Below, in pieces: positions 40,314 to 50,255 of a DNA stretch of 64,000 bases. Position 1 is the first letter of the stretch; each line of letters opens with the position of its first letter. The notes below the pieces were generated by a model that saw nothing but the letters and a program-made list of their open reading frames with translations, searched no databases and was not told the origin of the DNA. Source of the DNA: Pseudomonadota bacterium (GTDB lineage Bacteria > Pseudomonadota > Gammaproteobacteria > Xanthomonadales > Ahniellaceae); assembly GCA_022705045.1 (NCBI GenBank), contig JAKJFE010000001.1, forward strand, positions 7,909 through 71,908, written 5' to 3'. The position numbers and the translations under genes are program-made.

Positions 40314-40795
40314 CAGGTGCCCCACGCCTGCGCGGGCGTGGCCAGTTGCCAGTCGCGATCGATCAACGCGGGCAGCCGCAATGGCGCCGGCAAGGCGCTG
40401 CTGACCAATTCAACGCGTGCGCTGCCATGCGTACCGGCGACGTCGGCGATCACGACCCGTTCCAGGGCGGCCAGCAGGCGTGCACGGCTCGCAAACACAC
40501 GTGCGCCGCCGGTCGGCAGCATCAATTCGTATTGCCGTGGCAGCGGGCTGTAACGCAGCTCGATGAAGGCGTCGGGCGCGCCGGAACCCAACTGCACCGC
40601 CAACCGCAGCGGAATGCCGTGATCCAGCGCCTGCAGCTGTGTCTCGGTGAAGCGCAGGTCGAGGTCGAGCACCAGATCGTCGCCCTCACGCGCGATGCTG
40701 CGGATCGCCGACCCCTGTGGATCACTGCAGGCCGCGACCAGCAGACTCAGCGCGACGAGCCAGCACCGCGTAATAGAACCCGTCGAAGCCGCCAT
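40313..40795 (-). CDS. DUF4390-like lipoprotein
   Basis: Lipobox LLVAACS. Size and position between rsmB and the NtrY-like kinase fit DUF4390. The only in-frame ATG (40795) overlaps rsmB by 74 nt. Confidence 0.55.
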   Translation of the reverse strand: MAASTGSITRCWLVALSLLVAACSDPQGSAIRSIAREGDDLVLDLDLRFTETQLQALDHGIPLRLAVQLGSGAPDAFIELRYSPLPRQYELMLPTGGARVFASRARLLAALERVVIADVAGTHGSARVELVSSALPAPLRLPALIDRDWQLATPAQAWGT

Positions 40796-42059
40796 CTCCG
40801 GACAGATTCTGGCGTCCATGCTGCTGCGCACGTCCGAACCATTCGGGCACGGCATCGAGCGCGAGCGCGTCGCGACGACGTTCCAGAAAGGCTGCGACTT
40901 GGCCGTCGTTTTCATCCGCAAGCACCGAACAGGTCGCATAGACTAGCCGTCCGCCCGGGGCCAGCAAAGGCCACAAGGCATCGAGCAGGGCCGCCTGCGT
41001 CTGCAGCAATGCGGCGATGTCGGCATCGCGGCGCAGCAGGCGGATGTCGGGATGGCGGCGGATCACGCCGGTACCTGAGCACGGCGCGTCGAGCAGGATG
41101 CGATCGAAACGGCGGCGGCTGATCACGCTGTGCTGGCGTAGGTCGGCCGCGAACAGTTCGGCCTCGAGCTGCAGGCGTGCGAGCCCGGTCCGGGTGCGCT
41201 CGATCCGCGTCGCGTCGATGTCGACCCCGACCAGGCTGGCCAGTCCCGATTCGCGTTCGGCGATGTGCGCGAGTTTGCCGCCGGGCGCACAGCAGGCGTC
41301 GAGCACGCTCAGCCCCGGCTGCAGATCGAGCAGTTCGACGGCGACCTGTGCCGCGCCGTCCTGCACCGAGAAGTCACCCTCGGCGAAGCCCGGCAGCTGG
41401 GTCACGTCGAGGCCATGATCGACGCGGATGGCGTCCGGCAAATGCGGATGTGCGTGCGCATCGATGCCATGCGCGGTCAGCACGGCAAGCACGTCGTCAC
41501 GCGAACGACGCCGACGATTCACGCGCAACCAGGTCGGTGCCGGTGCATTGTTCGCGGCGAACAGCGCCGCGGCGTGTTCATACCAATCGCGTTCGAAACG
41601 GCGGATCATCCATGCCGGATGGTTGTACGCGAGGTCGGGCGTGTTCGGCAGCGCCGCGACCAGCGCCTCGCGTTCGCGCTGGAAGCGGCGCAGCACCGCA
41701 TTGACGAGACCGGCGAGATTGGTTTCGCCGAGCGCACGCGCCGCGGTGACGCTGGCATCGACGACGGCATAGGGCGCGTCGATGCCGAGCTCGAGTTGCG
41801 CGAGGCCATTGATCAGCAGTGCCTCGACGGCCTCGTGGCGTTTCGGCAACGGCTTCGCCAGCAGTGCGCGCAACAGGGCCTCATAACGGAAGATGCCGCG
41901 CAGGCTGGCATACAGGATGGCGCGCAACTGGGCACGGTCGCGGGCGTCGTCGATGCGCGCATCGGCCTCCATCAACAGCTCGGTCAACGACGCGCCGCCA
42001 CGACGCAGCGTCGCGAGCGTCTGCGCGGCGATGGCGCGAATCGGGAGCGGGCGCTTCAT
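40722..42059 (-). CDS. rsmB: 16S rRNA (cytosine967-C5)-methyltransferase RsmB
   Basis: NusB-like N-domain, SAM motifs [11 protein letters not shown] and [20 protein letters not shown], catalytic YATCS. Confidence 0.95.
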   Translation of the reverse strand: MKRPLPIRAIAAQTLATLRRGGASLTELLMEADARIDDARDRAQLRAILYASLRGIFRYEALLRALLAKPLPKRHEAVEALLINGLAQLELGIDAPYAVVDASVTAARALGETNLAGLVNAVLRRFQREREALVAALPNTPDLAYNHPAWMIRRFERDWYEHAAALFAANNAPAPTWLRVNRRRRSRDDVLAVLTAHGIDAHAHPHLPDAIRVDHGLDVTQLPGFAEGDFSVQDGAAQVAVELLDLQPGLSVLDACCAPGGKLAHIAERESGLASLVGVDIDATRIERTRTGLARLQLEAELFAADLRQHSVISRRRFDRILLDAPCSGTGVIRRHPDIRLLRRDADIAALLQTQAALLDALWPLLAPGGRLVYATCSVLADENDGQVAAFLERRRDALALDAVPEWFGRAQQHGRQNLSGDGGFDGFYYAVLARRAESAGRGLQ

Positions 42060-42982
42060 GACCGCCGCAACAGGTCGTTGCGCGCGTTCAGGTATTCCTG
42101 CGCGCTGACCGGACGACCGCCTTCGCGCTGCACGCGCAGCAGGCGCAATACGCCGTTGCCAGTGGCGACATCGATGCCCTCGCGATCGGCGTGCACGATC
42201 TCGCCCGGTGCGCGATGCGTCGTGCCCGGCATCGCTGTCGCGGCGTGCACGCGCAGGCGTTCGCCGCCCAGCGTGAGTTCCGCGACCGGCCAGGGCGTGA
42301 ATGCGCGCACCTGCCGTTCCAGTTCGAGCGCGGGCCGTTCGAGGTCGAGCACGGCTTCACGCTTGTCGAGCTTGTGTGCGTATTCGACGCCAACGTCGGA
42401 CTGTGTTTCGGGCACCGGCAATGTGCCGGAAGCGAGCTGGCGCAGTCCCTCGGCGACGAGTTCCGCACCCAGTGCCGCGAGCTTGTCGTGCAGGCTGCCG
42501 CCGGTCTCGTCGACCGCAATCGGTACCGCGCGGCGCAGGTACACCGGTCCGGTATCGAGGCCTTTCTCCATGCGCATCAGGCAGACGCCGGTCTCGGCAT
42601 CACCCGCGGCAATCGCACGCTGGATCGGTGCCGCACCACGCCAGCGCGGCAGCAGCGAGGCATGCACGTTCCAGCAGCCGTGCGCGGGAATGTCGAGCAC
42701 CTTCTGCGACAGGATCAGGCCGTAGGCGACGACGATCATCAGGTCCGGGCGATACGCCGCAAGACGTTGGCGACTCTCGATCGACTTGAAGTTTTCCGGC
42801 TGCTCGACCGGCACGTTCGCAGCGAGTGCACGCTGCTTGACCGGGCTCGCGGTCAACGCGCGACCGCGCCCGGCCGGACGGTCCGGTTGCGTGTAGACGG
42901 CGACAACCTCGTGGCCGCTGGCGAGCGCGGCGTCGAGGCACGGCACGGCGAAGTCCGGCGTGCCGGCGAAGGCGAGACGCAT
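42056..42982 (-). CDS. fmt: methionyl-tRNA formyltransferase
   Basis: [13 protein letters not shown]..., [18 protein letters not shown] motif. Confidence 0.95.
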   Translation of the reverse strand: MRLAFAGTPDFAVPCLDAALASGHEVVAVYTQPDRPAGRGRALTASPVKQRALAANVPVEQPENFKSIESRQRLAAYRPDLMIVVAYGLILSQKVLDIPAHGCWNVHASLLPRWRGAAPIQRAIAAGDAETGVCLMRMEKGLDTGPVYLRRAVPIAVDETGGSLHDKLAALGAELVAEGLRQLASGTLPVPETQSDVGVEYAHKLDKREAVLDLERPALELERQVRAFTPWPVAELTLGGERLRVHAATAMPGTTHRAPGEIVHADREGIDVATGNGVLRLLRVQREGGRPVSAQEYLNARNDLLRRS

Positions 42983-43512
42983 CAGATCGAATGCTCGCGG
43001 TCCGGCGCCGAGCGCTTGTCTCGCGCCTGCTTGGCCAGCTTCTTGCGCACCATGTCGCGCTTCAGCGGCGACAGGTAGTCGACGAAGACCTTGCCGGCGA
43101 GATGGTCCATTTCATGCTGGATGCAGACGGCGAGCAGGCCGTCGGCCTCGATCGCGTACGGTTCGCCCTTGCGGTTCAACGCCTCGACGCGCACCGTGTT
43201 CGCACGCGTCACGTCGGCATAGATGCCCGGCACCGACAGGCAGCCTTCCTGATACACCTGTTCGCCGTCGCGCTTCGTGATCTTCGGATTGATCAGCACG
43301 ATCGGCTGGTCCTTGGTCTCGGACACGTCGATGACGATCAGCTGCTTGTGGAAATCGACCTGGGGCGCGGCCAGGCCGATGCCGGGCGCGGTGTACATGG
43401 TCTCGAACATGTCGTCGATCTGCGTCTGCAGGGTCGCGTCGACGGTTTCGATCGGCGTGGCGACGGTGCGCAGGCGCGGGTCCGGGAATTCGAGAATGGT
43501 CAGCTTGCTCAT
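42982..43512 (-). CDS. def: peptide deformylase
   Basis: [13 protein letters not shown] and HEMDH motifs. Confidence 0.97.
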   Translation of the reverse strand: MSKLTILEFPDPRLRTVATPIETVDATLQTQIDDMFETMYTAPGIGLAAPQVDFHKQLIVIDVSETKDQPIVLINPKITKRDGEQVYQEGCLSVPGIYADVTRANTVRVEALNRKGEPYAIEADGLLAVCIQHEMDHLAGKVFVDYLSPLKRDMVRKKLAKQARDKRSAPDREHSI

Positions 43513-43643
43513 TGGGATCTCCTGCGCCTTCGGGATGGAGGCGGGAGTGCCTCGTTCAAGCCCTGCGATGGGGGCGCATTTTATCGCGGAAAGAATTGGG
43601 ATACACTCGGCCCAGTCCTCGCCAAATCAGAGGCTTAGCCGCC

Positions 43644-44849
43644 ATGCTTAAAAGATCGCTTGCAGTATTGGCTGGAATCCTGTTCAGCGCATCCGTTTTT
43701 GCGCTCGACGCGGATGACCTGCGCCCCGACCATCCGGATTCGTACACGGTCGTCGAAGGCGACACGTTGTGGTCGATCGCCGGACGTTTCCTCAACAACC
43801 CGTGGCAGTGGCCGGAAATCTGGCAGGCGAACGAGCAGATCAAGAATCCGCACCTGATTTATCCAGGTGACGTGATCAGCCTCGTCTACGTCGACGGCAA
43901 GCCGATGCTGACCTCGGGTCGCGTGCTTGGACAACGGCCGCAGAACGAGAAGCTCTCGCCGCGGGTCCGCGACATGGGCGGCAAGCGTGCGGTCGGTCCG
44001 ATTCCGCTCGACGAACTCGAAGCCTTCCTCGAACACACTCGTGTGCTCAGCGAAGCCGATGCCGACGCCCTGCCGTATGTGGTCGGCAACGAAGAAACGC
44101 GACTGCGCACCACCGAAATGGGCCTGGTGTACGTGCGTGGCCTCGATGCCCGCCCGGGCACCGAAGTCGACATCGTGCGCCCGACCTTCGTCTATCGCGA
44201 AATCCAGAAAGGCGCGCCCTGGCAGCACAAGCCGCGCGAAGTGAAATCGGAGGACTGGAATCCGAGCCAGGGCTTCACCCTCGGCAGCCTCTGGAGCGAC
44301 CACATCGGCCGCTACTGGCGCGAGCGCAACACCGAAGTCCTCGGTCATGAGGTGGTGCAAGTGGCGCGTGCGCGCGTCATCGCCGAGGGTGATCCGGCGA
44401 CGCTGGAACTGCGTGACGGCGAACTCGAAGCCCGCGCCGGCGACCTCATCCTGCCTGTGGACGTCTCGCCCTACGACCCGTCGTACGCGCAGCATGCACC
44501 GGATGCAATTCCGGACAACATGCGTGTGCTGGCCGTTTCCGATGGATTCTCCGCCACCGGTCCGGCGCGTGTGGTCGCGCTGTCGCGCGGCGCCCGCGAT
44601 GGCGTAGAGAATGGCCAGGTGTTCGCGGTGATGAACCAGGGCGAACGCGTGCGCGATACCGTCAAGCACCCGAGCGGCGACATCAGTTCGGCATTCAACA
44701 CGAAGAAGAAGTATGTGACCTTGCCCGAGGAGTTCGCCGGTCACGTCATGATCTTCCGTACCTTCGAGAAGATCAGCTACGGCCTGGTGATGGACGGCAA
44801 GCGCCCGATCTTCATCAACGACCTCGCCCGCGAACCGCAGTCGCTCTGA
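43644..44849 (+). CDS. LysM domain-containing periplasmic protein
   Basis: Signal peptide MLKRSLAVLAGILFSASVFA. LysM segment YTVVEGDTLWSIAGRFLNNPWQWPEIWQANEQIKNPHLIYPGDVI. Divergent from def as in many proteobacteria. Confidence 0.85.
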   Translation: MLKRSLAVLAGILFSASVFALDADDLRPDHPDSYTVVEGDTLWSIAGRFLNNPWQWPEIWQANEQIKNPHLIYPGDVISLVYVDGKPMLTSGRVLGQRPQNEKLSPRVRDMGGKRAVGPIPLDELEAFLEHTRVLSEADADALPYVVGNEETRLRTTEMGLVYVRGLDARPGTEVDIVRPTFVYREIQKGAPWQHKPREVKSEDWNPSQGFTLGSLWSDHIGRYWRERNTEVLGHEVVQVARARVIAEGDPATLELRDGELEARAGDLILPVDVSPYDPSYAQHAPDAIPDNMRVLAVSDGFSATGPARVVALSRGARDGVENGQVFAVMNQGERVRDTVKHPSGDISSAFNTKKKYVTLPEEFAGHVMIFRTFEKISYGLVMDGKRPIFINDLAREPQSL

Positions 44850-44875
44850 GCATCTCGGTGATGCACTGAATCCAA

Positions 44876-44905
44876 GGGCGCGACGCGAGTCGCGCCCTTT
44901 GTTTT
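44876..44905 (+). terminator. Rho-independent terminator after the LysM gene
   Basis: GGGCGCGAC-GCGA-GTCGCGCCC followed by TTTGTTTT. Confidence 0.75.
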
Positions 44906-44999
44906 AGTGCGCCCTGACAGCGTGCATCTGCGAGATTTCCGAGCCCGGATTCCGAGGTGAACGGACGCGGGCATTCGTGTTCGTCGGCATGCTGTGACG

Positions 45000-46151
45000 A
45001 TGAACAACGCCCCCCGCATCGACCTGACCGAACGCGACGCCTGGCTGATCGCGCTACGCACGCCTGGCCTTGGCAATCTGCGTATCGCCAAGTTGCACGA
45101 ACACTTCGGCAGCCTGCATGCCGCGCTCGATGCCAGTCGTGGCGCGTTGCGCGCGTCGGGCTTGCCCGAGGCCGTTTGCGCGGAACTCGCGCGCAGCGGA
45201 CGCGGGCTGATCCGTGCCGATCTCGACTGGCTCGACGCCGCGCCCAACCGTCATGTGCTGACGCTGGCCGATCCCGACTATCCGCCCTTGCTGCGCCGAC
45301 TCGACGACGCGCCGCCGCTGCTGTTCGTCGAGGGTGATCTCAACGCCCTGTGGCGCGCGCAAATCGCCATGGTCGGCAGTCGCAATGCCAGTCGCGGCGG
45401 AATCGGCGTCGCGCGCGACTTCGCGAAACACTTCGCGCGGCTCGGCATCGTCGTGACCAGCGGCCTCGCCGAAGGCATCGACGGTGCGGCACACGCGGCC
45501 TGTCTCGATGCCGGTGGAGCGACGATCGCCGTCTGCGGCACCGGGCTCGACCGCGTCTATCCGGAGCGTCATCGCGAACTCGCCCGGCGCATCGTCACGC
45601 AAGGCGCGCTGGTGTCGGATTTCCCGATCGGCACGCCGCCGTTGCCCGAGCATTTCCCGCGACGCAATCGCATCATCGCCGGGCTGACACTCGGCACCCT
45701 GGTGGTCGAGGCTTCGCTCAAGTCGGGTTCGCTGATCACCGCGCGCCTTGCCGCCGAATGCGGGCGCGACGTCTTCGCGATCCCCGGATCGATTCATGAC
45801 CCGCGTGCGCGCGGTTGCCATCACCTGATCCGCAATGGCGCCACACTTGTCTGCGAAGCCGGCGAGATCATCGAGGCACTGCAACCGATCGGGCATGAAC
45901 TCGGCGACGCCTTGCGGGCACGACTGGCGACGCAGGTGCCGCCATCGTCAGCGGCCACCCTGATGATTGCGCCTGATGCCGCGAACCAGCGCCTGCTCGA
46001 CGCGATCGGCTTCGCGCCCACGGATTTTGACAGTCTGGTGACGGCCACCGGGTTGACCGCGGCGGCGATCTCTTCCATGCTGATGTCGCTGGAACTCGAC
46101 GGACACGTCGCCGATCTCGGTGGCGGCCGTTACCAACGACTCGCGCGGTGA
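45000..46151 (+). CDS. dprA: DNA-processing protein DprA (Smf)
   Basis: YPPLL...APPLLFVEG, VGSRNAS, TSGLAEGIDGAAH and FPRRNRIIAGL motifs. Start ATG 45000 or GTG 44994. Confidence 0.9.
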   Translation: MNNAPRIDLTERDAWLIALRTPGLGNLRIAKLHEHFGSLHAALDASRGALRASGLPEAVCAELARSGRGLIRADLDWLDAAPNRHVLTLADPDYPPLLRRLDDAPPLLFVEGDLNALWRAQIAMVGSRNASRGGIGVARDFAKHFARLGIVVTSGLAEGIDGAAHAACLDAGGATIAVCGTGLDRVYPERHRELARRIVTQGALVSDFPIGTPPLPEHFPRRNRIIAGLTLGTLVVEASLKSGSLITARLAAECGRDVFAIPGSIHDPRARGCHHLIRNGATLVCEAGEIIEALQPIGHELGDALRARLATQVPPSSAATLMIAPDAANQRLLDAIGFAPTDFDSLVTATGLTAAAISSMLMSLELDGHVADLGGGRYQRLAR

Positions 46152-46293
46152 CTGCATTGGTTCGATCCCTACGGACACCAAGGCTGAACCCCACGCCGCA
46201 GCACGACGCGCGGCCCACCCCGACACCCTCCGAATTCGGCGCGCACCGCGTCGGCGACGGCTTGTTCACTTTTCGCCCACACAGGAGCGCACC

Positions 46294-46764
46294 ATGAAGG
46301 AGTCCGTGCTGTCGGTGTTGGTCTACCTGTTCCAGAACTACTTCCTCGGCGAGCCGGATACCGTGCACGACCGCGATTCGTTGCAGTCGGAGCTGATCGA
46401 CGCCGGATTCGATGCCTTGCATGTCGGCAAGGCCTTCGACTGGCTGGCCGACCTGCAGGACGACACCGGTTCGGCCCCGAACCTCGCGCCCAGCCAGCCC
46501 TTGCGCGTGTTCGCGCCCGAGGAGCTGGACCTGCTCGATGCCGACTGCCGCGGCTTCTTGCTGGCTTTGGAACAACGCGGCGTGCTCGATGCCGACGCGC
46601 GCGAGCGCGTGATCGAACGCGCGCTGGCGCTGGAGCAATCGCCGGTCGACCTGCACGACCTGAAATGGGTGGTGTTGCTGGTCCTCTACAACACGCCGGA
46701 CCGCGAAGCCGGCTATGCCTGGATGGAGTCGCAACTGCTCGGTGCGCACATGGCCCGCAACTGA
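46294..46764 (+). CDS. smg: Smg protein (DUF494)
   Basis: MKESVLSVLVYLFQNY... is a typical Smg N-terminus, in the conserved dprA-smg-topA order. Confidence 0.9.
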   Translation: MKESVLSVLVYLFQNYFLGEPDTVHDRDSLQSELIDAGFDALHVGKAFDWLADLQDDTGSAPNLAPSQPLRVFAPEELDLLDADCRGFLLALEQRGVLDADARERVIERALALEQSPVDLHDLKWVVLLVLYNTPDREAGYAWMESQLLGAHMARN

Positions 46765-46818
46765 CCCGGCCCGGGATTGGCTTGACAGCACCATCCCGGC
46801 CGTGAATCACTGAAAGAA

Positions 46819-46839
46819 GCACGCGCGCGTACGCGCGCG
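46819..46839. repeat. 21-nt perfectly alternating purine-pyrimidine tract containing an 18-bp perfect palindrome CGCGCGCGTACGCGCGCG
   Basis: GCACGCGCGCGTACGCGCGCG, read directly, about 90 nt upstream of the topA ATG. Confidence 0.8.
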
Positions 46840-46926
46840 AGGGCTTGGCGCCGCCAACGGGCGATGCCGGCTCCATCCCTGACATCGAACCGGAACGCCG
46901 CGACGGACTCGCGGCCCAGAAGAATC

Positions 46927-49398
46927 ATGGCCAAGAACCTGCTCATCGTCGAATCGCCGGCCAAGGCCAAGACGATCAACAAATACCTCGGCAAGGACTT
47001 CCACGTCCTCGCCTCCTACGGCCATGTCCGCGACCTGGTGCCGCGCGAAGGCGCGGTCGATCCGGATCGCGATTTCGCGATGCGCTACGAGCTGATCGAC
47101 AAGAACGAGAAACACGTCGAGGCGATCGCCAAGGCCGCCAAGCAGGCCGATGCCCTCTATCTCGCGACCGACTTGGATCGCGAAGGTGAAGCGATCAGCT
47201 GGCACATCAGCGAGATCCTGCGCGAACGCGGCCTGCTCGATGGCCGCAAGCTGCATCGCGTGGTGTTCTCGGAGATCACGCCGAAGGCCATCAATGAAGC
47301 GGTCGCACATCCGCGCAAGTTGCAGAACGATCTGGTCAATGCCCAGCAGGCGCGGCGCGCGCTCGACTATCTGGTCGGGTTCAACCTGAGCCCAGTGCTG
47401 TGGCGCAAGGTCCAGACGGGGCTGTCGGCCGGTCGCGTGCAGTCGCCGGCGCTGCGTCTGATCGTCGAACGCGAGGAAGAGATCGAGGCGTTCAAGGCCC
47501 AGGAATACTGGACCATCGCCGCGCAATGCGCGCATCCGAGCCAGGCCTTCGACGCGCGCCTGCTCCGCTACGACGGCCACAAGGTCGAGCAATTCACGTT
47601 CCGCGATGGCGAACACGCGGAAGCCGCGCGCGCCGAACTGATCCGCGCCGCGAATGGCCAGCTCAAGGTCGCCGATGTCACCCGCAAGCAGCGCCAGCGC
47701 CGGCCGGCACCGCCCTTCATCACCTCGACCCTGCAGCAGGAGGCGGCGCGCAAGCTCGGCTTCGGCACCTCGCGCACCATGCGTGTCGCACAGGGTCTCT
47801 ACGAAGGTGTGGCCCTCGGCGCCGAGGGCCAGGTCGGCCTGATCACCTACATGCGTACCGACGCCGTGCATCTCGCCAACGATGCCATCGCCGAACTGCG
47901 CGAGGTGATCGCGCAACGCTATGGCAAGCAGGCGCTGCCGGACGCGCCGAACACCTACAAGACCAAGTCGAAGAACGCGCAGGAAGCGCATGAAGCGATC
48001 CGCCCGACCTCGGCCCTGCACACGCCGGAATCGGTGGCCGCATTCCTGAATCCGGACCAGTTGAAGCTGTACGAACTGATCTGGAAGCGCACCGTGGCCT
48101 GCCAGATGGCGCCGGCCTTGATGGAAACCGTTTCGGTCGATCTGGCCGCCGGCTCGAAGCATGCGTTCCGGGCCACCGGCACCACGGTGATCGAGCCCGG
48201 CTTCCTCGCCGTCTACGAAGAAGGTCGCGACCAGAAATCGGATGAAGACGACGATGAAGGTCGCCGTCTGCCCGCGATGAAGGAAGGCGACACGATTCCG
48301 TTGTCTCAGGTGCTGGCCGACCAGCACTTCACCGAGCCGCCGCCGCGTTACTCGGAAGCCTCGCTGGTGAAGGCGCTGGAGGAATTCGGCATCGGCCGCC
48401 CGTCGACCTATGCCAGCATCATCCAGACCTTGCTTGGCCGCGAATACGTGATGCTCGACAACCGCCGCTTCCGTCCCACCGATGTCGGCCGTGTCGTCGC
48501 CAAGTTCCTGTCGAACCACTTCTCGCAATACGTGGATTACGAGTTCACGGCGCGCATGGAAGACGAGCTCGATGCGGTGTCGCGCGGCGAGGAAGAATGG
48601 GTGCCGCTGCTGCACAAGTTCTGGACGCCGTTCAAGGCCCAGGTCGCGGACAAGATGGAAACCGTCTCGCTCGACGAGGCCAAGCAGAACCGCGTGCTCG
48701 GCAACGATCCGGCGACCGGCAAGCCGATCTCGGTGCGCCTCGGCCGCTTCGGGCCGTTCGCGCAGATCGGCACCAAGGAAGACGAGGACAAGCCGAAGTT
48801 CGCCTCGCTGCAGGCCGGCCAGAGCCTGCACACGATCACGCTGGAAGAGGCGCTGGAACTGTTCAAGCTGCCGCGCATGCTGGGTCTCGCGCCCGATGGC
48901 AAGGAAGTCAGCGCCGCCGTCGGCCGCTTCGGTCCGTTCGTGAAACACGGCAGCACGTACGCGTCGATCAAGGCGCCGGACAGCCCGTATACGATCGAGT
49001 TGCCGCGAGCGCTGCAGCTGATCGAGGAAAAGGAAGAGCAGATCCGCAATCGCATCATCCTGAGTTTCGATGACGGCGCGATCGAGGTGTTGAACGGCAA
49101 GTTCGGCCCGTACATCACCAACGGCGAACGCAACGGCAAGATCCCGAAGGACCGCGATCCGAAGACGCTGACACGCGAGGAATGCGTGGCCCTGCTCGAA
49201 GCCGGCAAGCCGGTCAAGAAGAAGGCCGGGCGCTTCGGCCGTGCCGCCAAGAAGGCGGCACCGGCGAAGAAAGCCGCAGTGAAGAAGGAAGCGCCCGCCA
49301 AGAAGGCCGCTGCGAAAAAGGCACCCGCAAAGAAGAAGGTGGCTGCCAAGAAAGCGGTGAAGAAAGCCCCGGCCAAGAAGGCTTCGGCGAAGGGCTGA
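46927..49398 (+). CDS. topA: DNA topoisomerase I (zinc-less type with Topo_C repeats and Lys/Ala-rich tail)
   Basis: TOPRIM MAKNLLIVESPAKAKTINKYLG, active-site region GLITYMRTD, repeated GRFGPF/GKFGPY C-terminal repeats. No CxxC motifs. Confidence 0.97.
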   Translation: MAKNLLIVESPAKAKTINKYLGKDFHVLASYGHVRDLVPREGAVDPDRDFAMRYELIDKNEKHVEAIAKAAKQADALYLATDLDREGEAISWHISEILRERGLLDGRKLHRVVFSEITPKAINEAVAHPRKLQNDLVNAQQARRALDYLVGFNLSPVLWRKVQTGLSAGRVQSPALRLIVEREEEIEAFKAQEYWTIAAQCAHPSQAFDARLLRYDGHKVEQFTFRDGEHAEAARAELIRAANGQLKVADVTRKQRQRRPAPPFITSTLQQEAARKLGFGTSRTMRVAQGLYEGVALGAEGQVGLITYMRTDAVHLANDAIAELREVIAQRYGKQALPDAPNTYKTKSKNAQEAHEAIRPTSALHTPESVAAFLNPDQLKLYELIWKRTVACQMAPALMETVSVDLAAGSKHAFRATGTTVIEPGFLAVYEEGRDQKSDEDDDEGRRLPAMKEGDTIPLSQVLADQHFTEPPPRYSEASLVKALEEFGIGRPSTYASIIQTLLGREYVMLDNRRFRPTDVGRVVAKFLSNHFSQYVDYEFTARMEDELDAVSRGEEEWVPLLHKFWTPFKAQVADKMETVSLDEAKQNRVLGNDPATGKPISVRLGRFGPFAQIGTKEDEDKPKFASLQAGQSLHTITLEEALELFKLPRMLGLAPDGKEVSAAVGRFGPFVKHGSTYASIKAPDSPYTIELPRALQLIEEKEEQIRNRIILSFDDGAIEVLNGKFGPYITNGERNGKIPKDRDPKTLTREECVALLEAGKPVKKKAGRFGRAAKKAAPAKKAAVKKEAPAKKAAAKKAPAKKKVAAKKAVKKAPAKKASAKG

Positions 49399-49405
49399 CC
49401 TCGCC

Positions 49406-49807
49406 ATGTTCGGACTGGAAATCCTGCTCGCGCTGATCCTGAAGTTCTGGACGATCCTTTACGGACTCCTCTACGGCGCGATTTCCAGTCTGCCGATGCT
49501 GCATCGCTCGTTGCTGGCGCGACAGCTCAAGGTCGAATGGCACGAAGCGGAATACCTGATCGTGCAGAGTCCGGATCGCGACCTGCACATCGGCGACCTG
49601 ACCGTGATCACCCTCGTCGGTGGACGCGGCCATGTCGCCTTCCGCGAACGCGACACGCTGTTGCTTCAGGGCCAGACCCTGCGCATCGCGGTCGATCCGA
49701 ATGCACACGCGCTGGTGCTCACCGGCGCCATGCTCGACCTGAGCCGCGGTCGCGAAACCCGGTTGTACCGACGCATCGAACGCGAACGCGGGGTCCTGCC
49801 GCCATGA
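49406..49807 (+). CDS. hypothetical membrane-anchored protein (133 aa)
   Basis: Starts 8 nt after the topA stop. N-terminal hydrophobic segment. Its stop overlaps the next ATG (ATGA). Confidence 0.5.
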   Translation: MFGLEILLALILKFWTILYGLLYGAISSLPMLHRSLLARQLKVEWHEAEYLIVQSPDRDLHIGDLTVITLVGGRGHVAFRERDTLLLQGQTLRIAVDPNAHALVLTGAMLDLSRGRETRLYRRIERERGVLPP

Positions 49808-50250
49808 ATCCAGCGCAGCGCATCACCACCCTTGTTGCCGCAGTCGGACTCGTCGCAGGCTGTGCGCATCAACCGTACTCGCGCGGCGAGTCGACGGCAC
49901 CCACCGCGACCTGCGCCCCCGGCGATACTGCGATGCGCCGCAGCGTGCTCTATTTCGGCGCCGCGATCCCCGACAGCAGCGACACCGTCGACGCCGCCGA
50001 ATGGCAGGCCTTCCTCGACCGCGATGTCACCCCACGCTTCCCGGACGGCCTGACCTGGTTCGATGCCCGCGGCCAATGGCGCGGCCACGACGGCCAAGTG
50101 ATCGGCGAAGACAGCCGCGTGCTGATCCTGCTGCACGGCGACGATGCCGCCGCAACCGCGTCCATCGAAACCATCCGCAACGCCTACAAGCAGACCTTCG
50201 CGCAAGAAGCCGTCATGGTCGAACGCGAACTGTCCTGCGTGGCATTTTAG
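49804..50250 (+). CDS. DUF3574-like lipoprotein
   Basis: MNPAQRITTLVAAVGLVAGCA lipobox. SVLYFGAAIPDSSDTVDAAEWQAFLDRDVTPRFPDGLTWFDARGQW fits the DUF3574 pattern. Confidence 0.6.
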   Translation: MNPAQRITTLVAAVGLVAGCAHQPYSRGESTAPTATCAPGDTAMRRSVLYFGAAIPDSSDTVDAAEWQAFLDRDVTPRFPDGLTWFDARGQWRGHDGQVIGEDSRVLILLHGDDAAATASIETIRNAYKQTFAQEAVMVERELSCVAF

Positions 50251-50255
50251 GCAGA

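Noticed and set aside
46155-46185. tRNA-like T-arm string TGGTTCGATCCCTAC just after dprA, possibly a tRNA gene or an att-site remnant.
   Set aside because: No complementary T-stem, no acceptor stem or CCA context, and no anticodon arm can be folded around it. It is most likely a chance match.
46807-49407. Very long antisense ORFs. Examples: 46807..49407 opposite topA, 24620..28030 opposite the BNR gene, 4714..6765 opposite the ABC-F gene, 38106..40553 opposite the NtrY-like kinase, 51967..54288 opposite glnA, 33722..35260 opposite the TonB-dependent receptor, and 57721..59250 opposite ntrC.
   Set aside because: They are Arg/Ala/Gly/Pro-rich low-complexity translations with no recognisable motifs, and each lies exactly opposite a gene with strong family signatures. 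This is the expected stop-codon-poor shadow frame in high-GC DNA.
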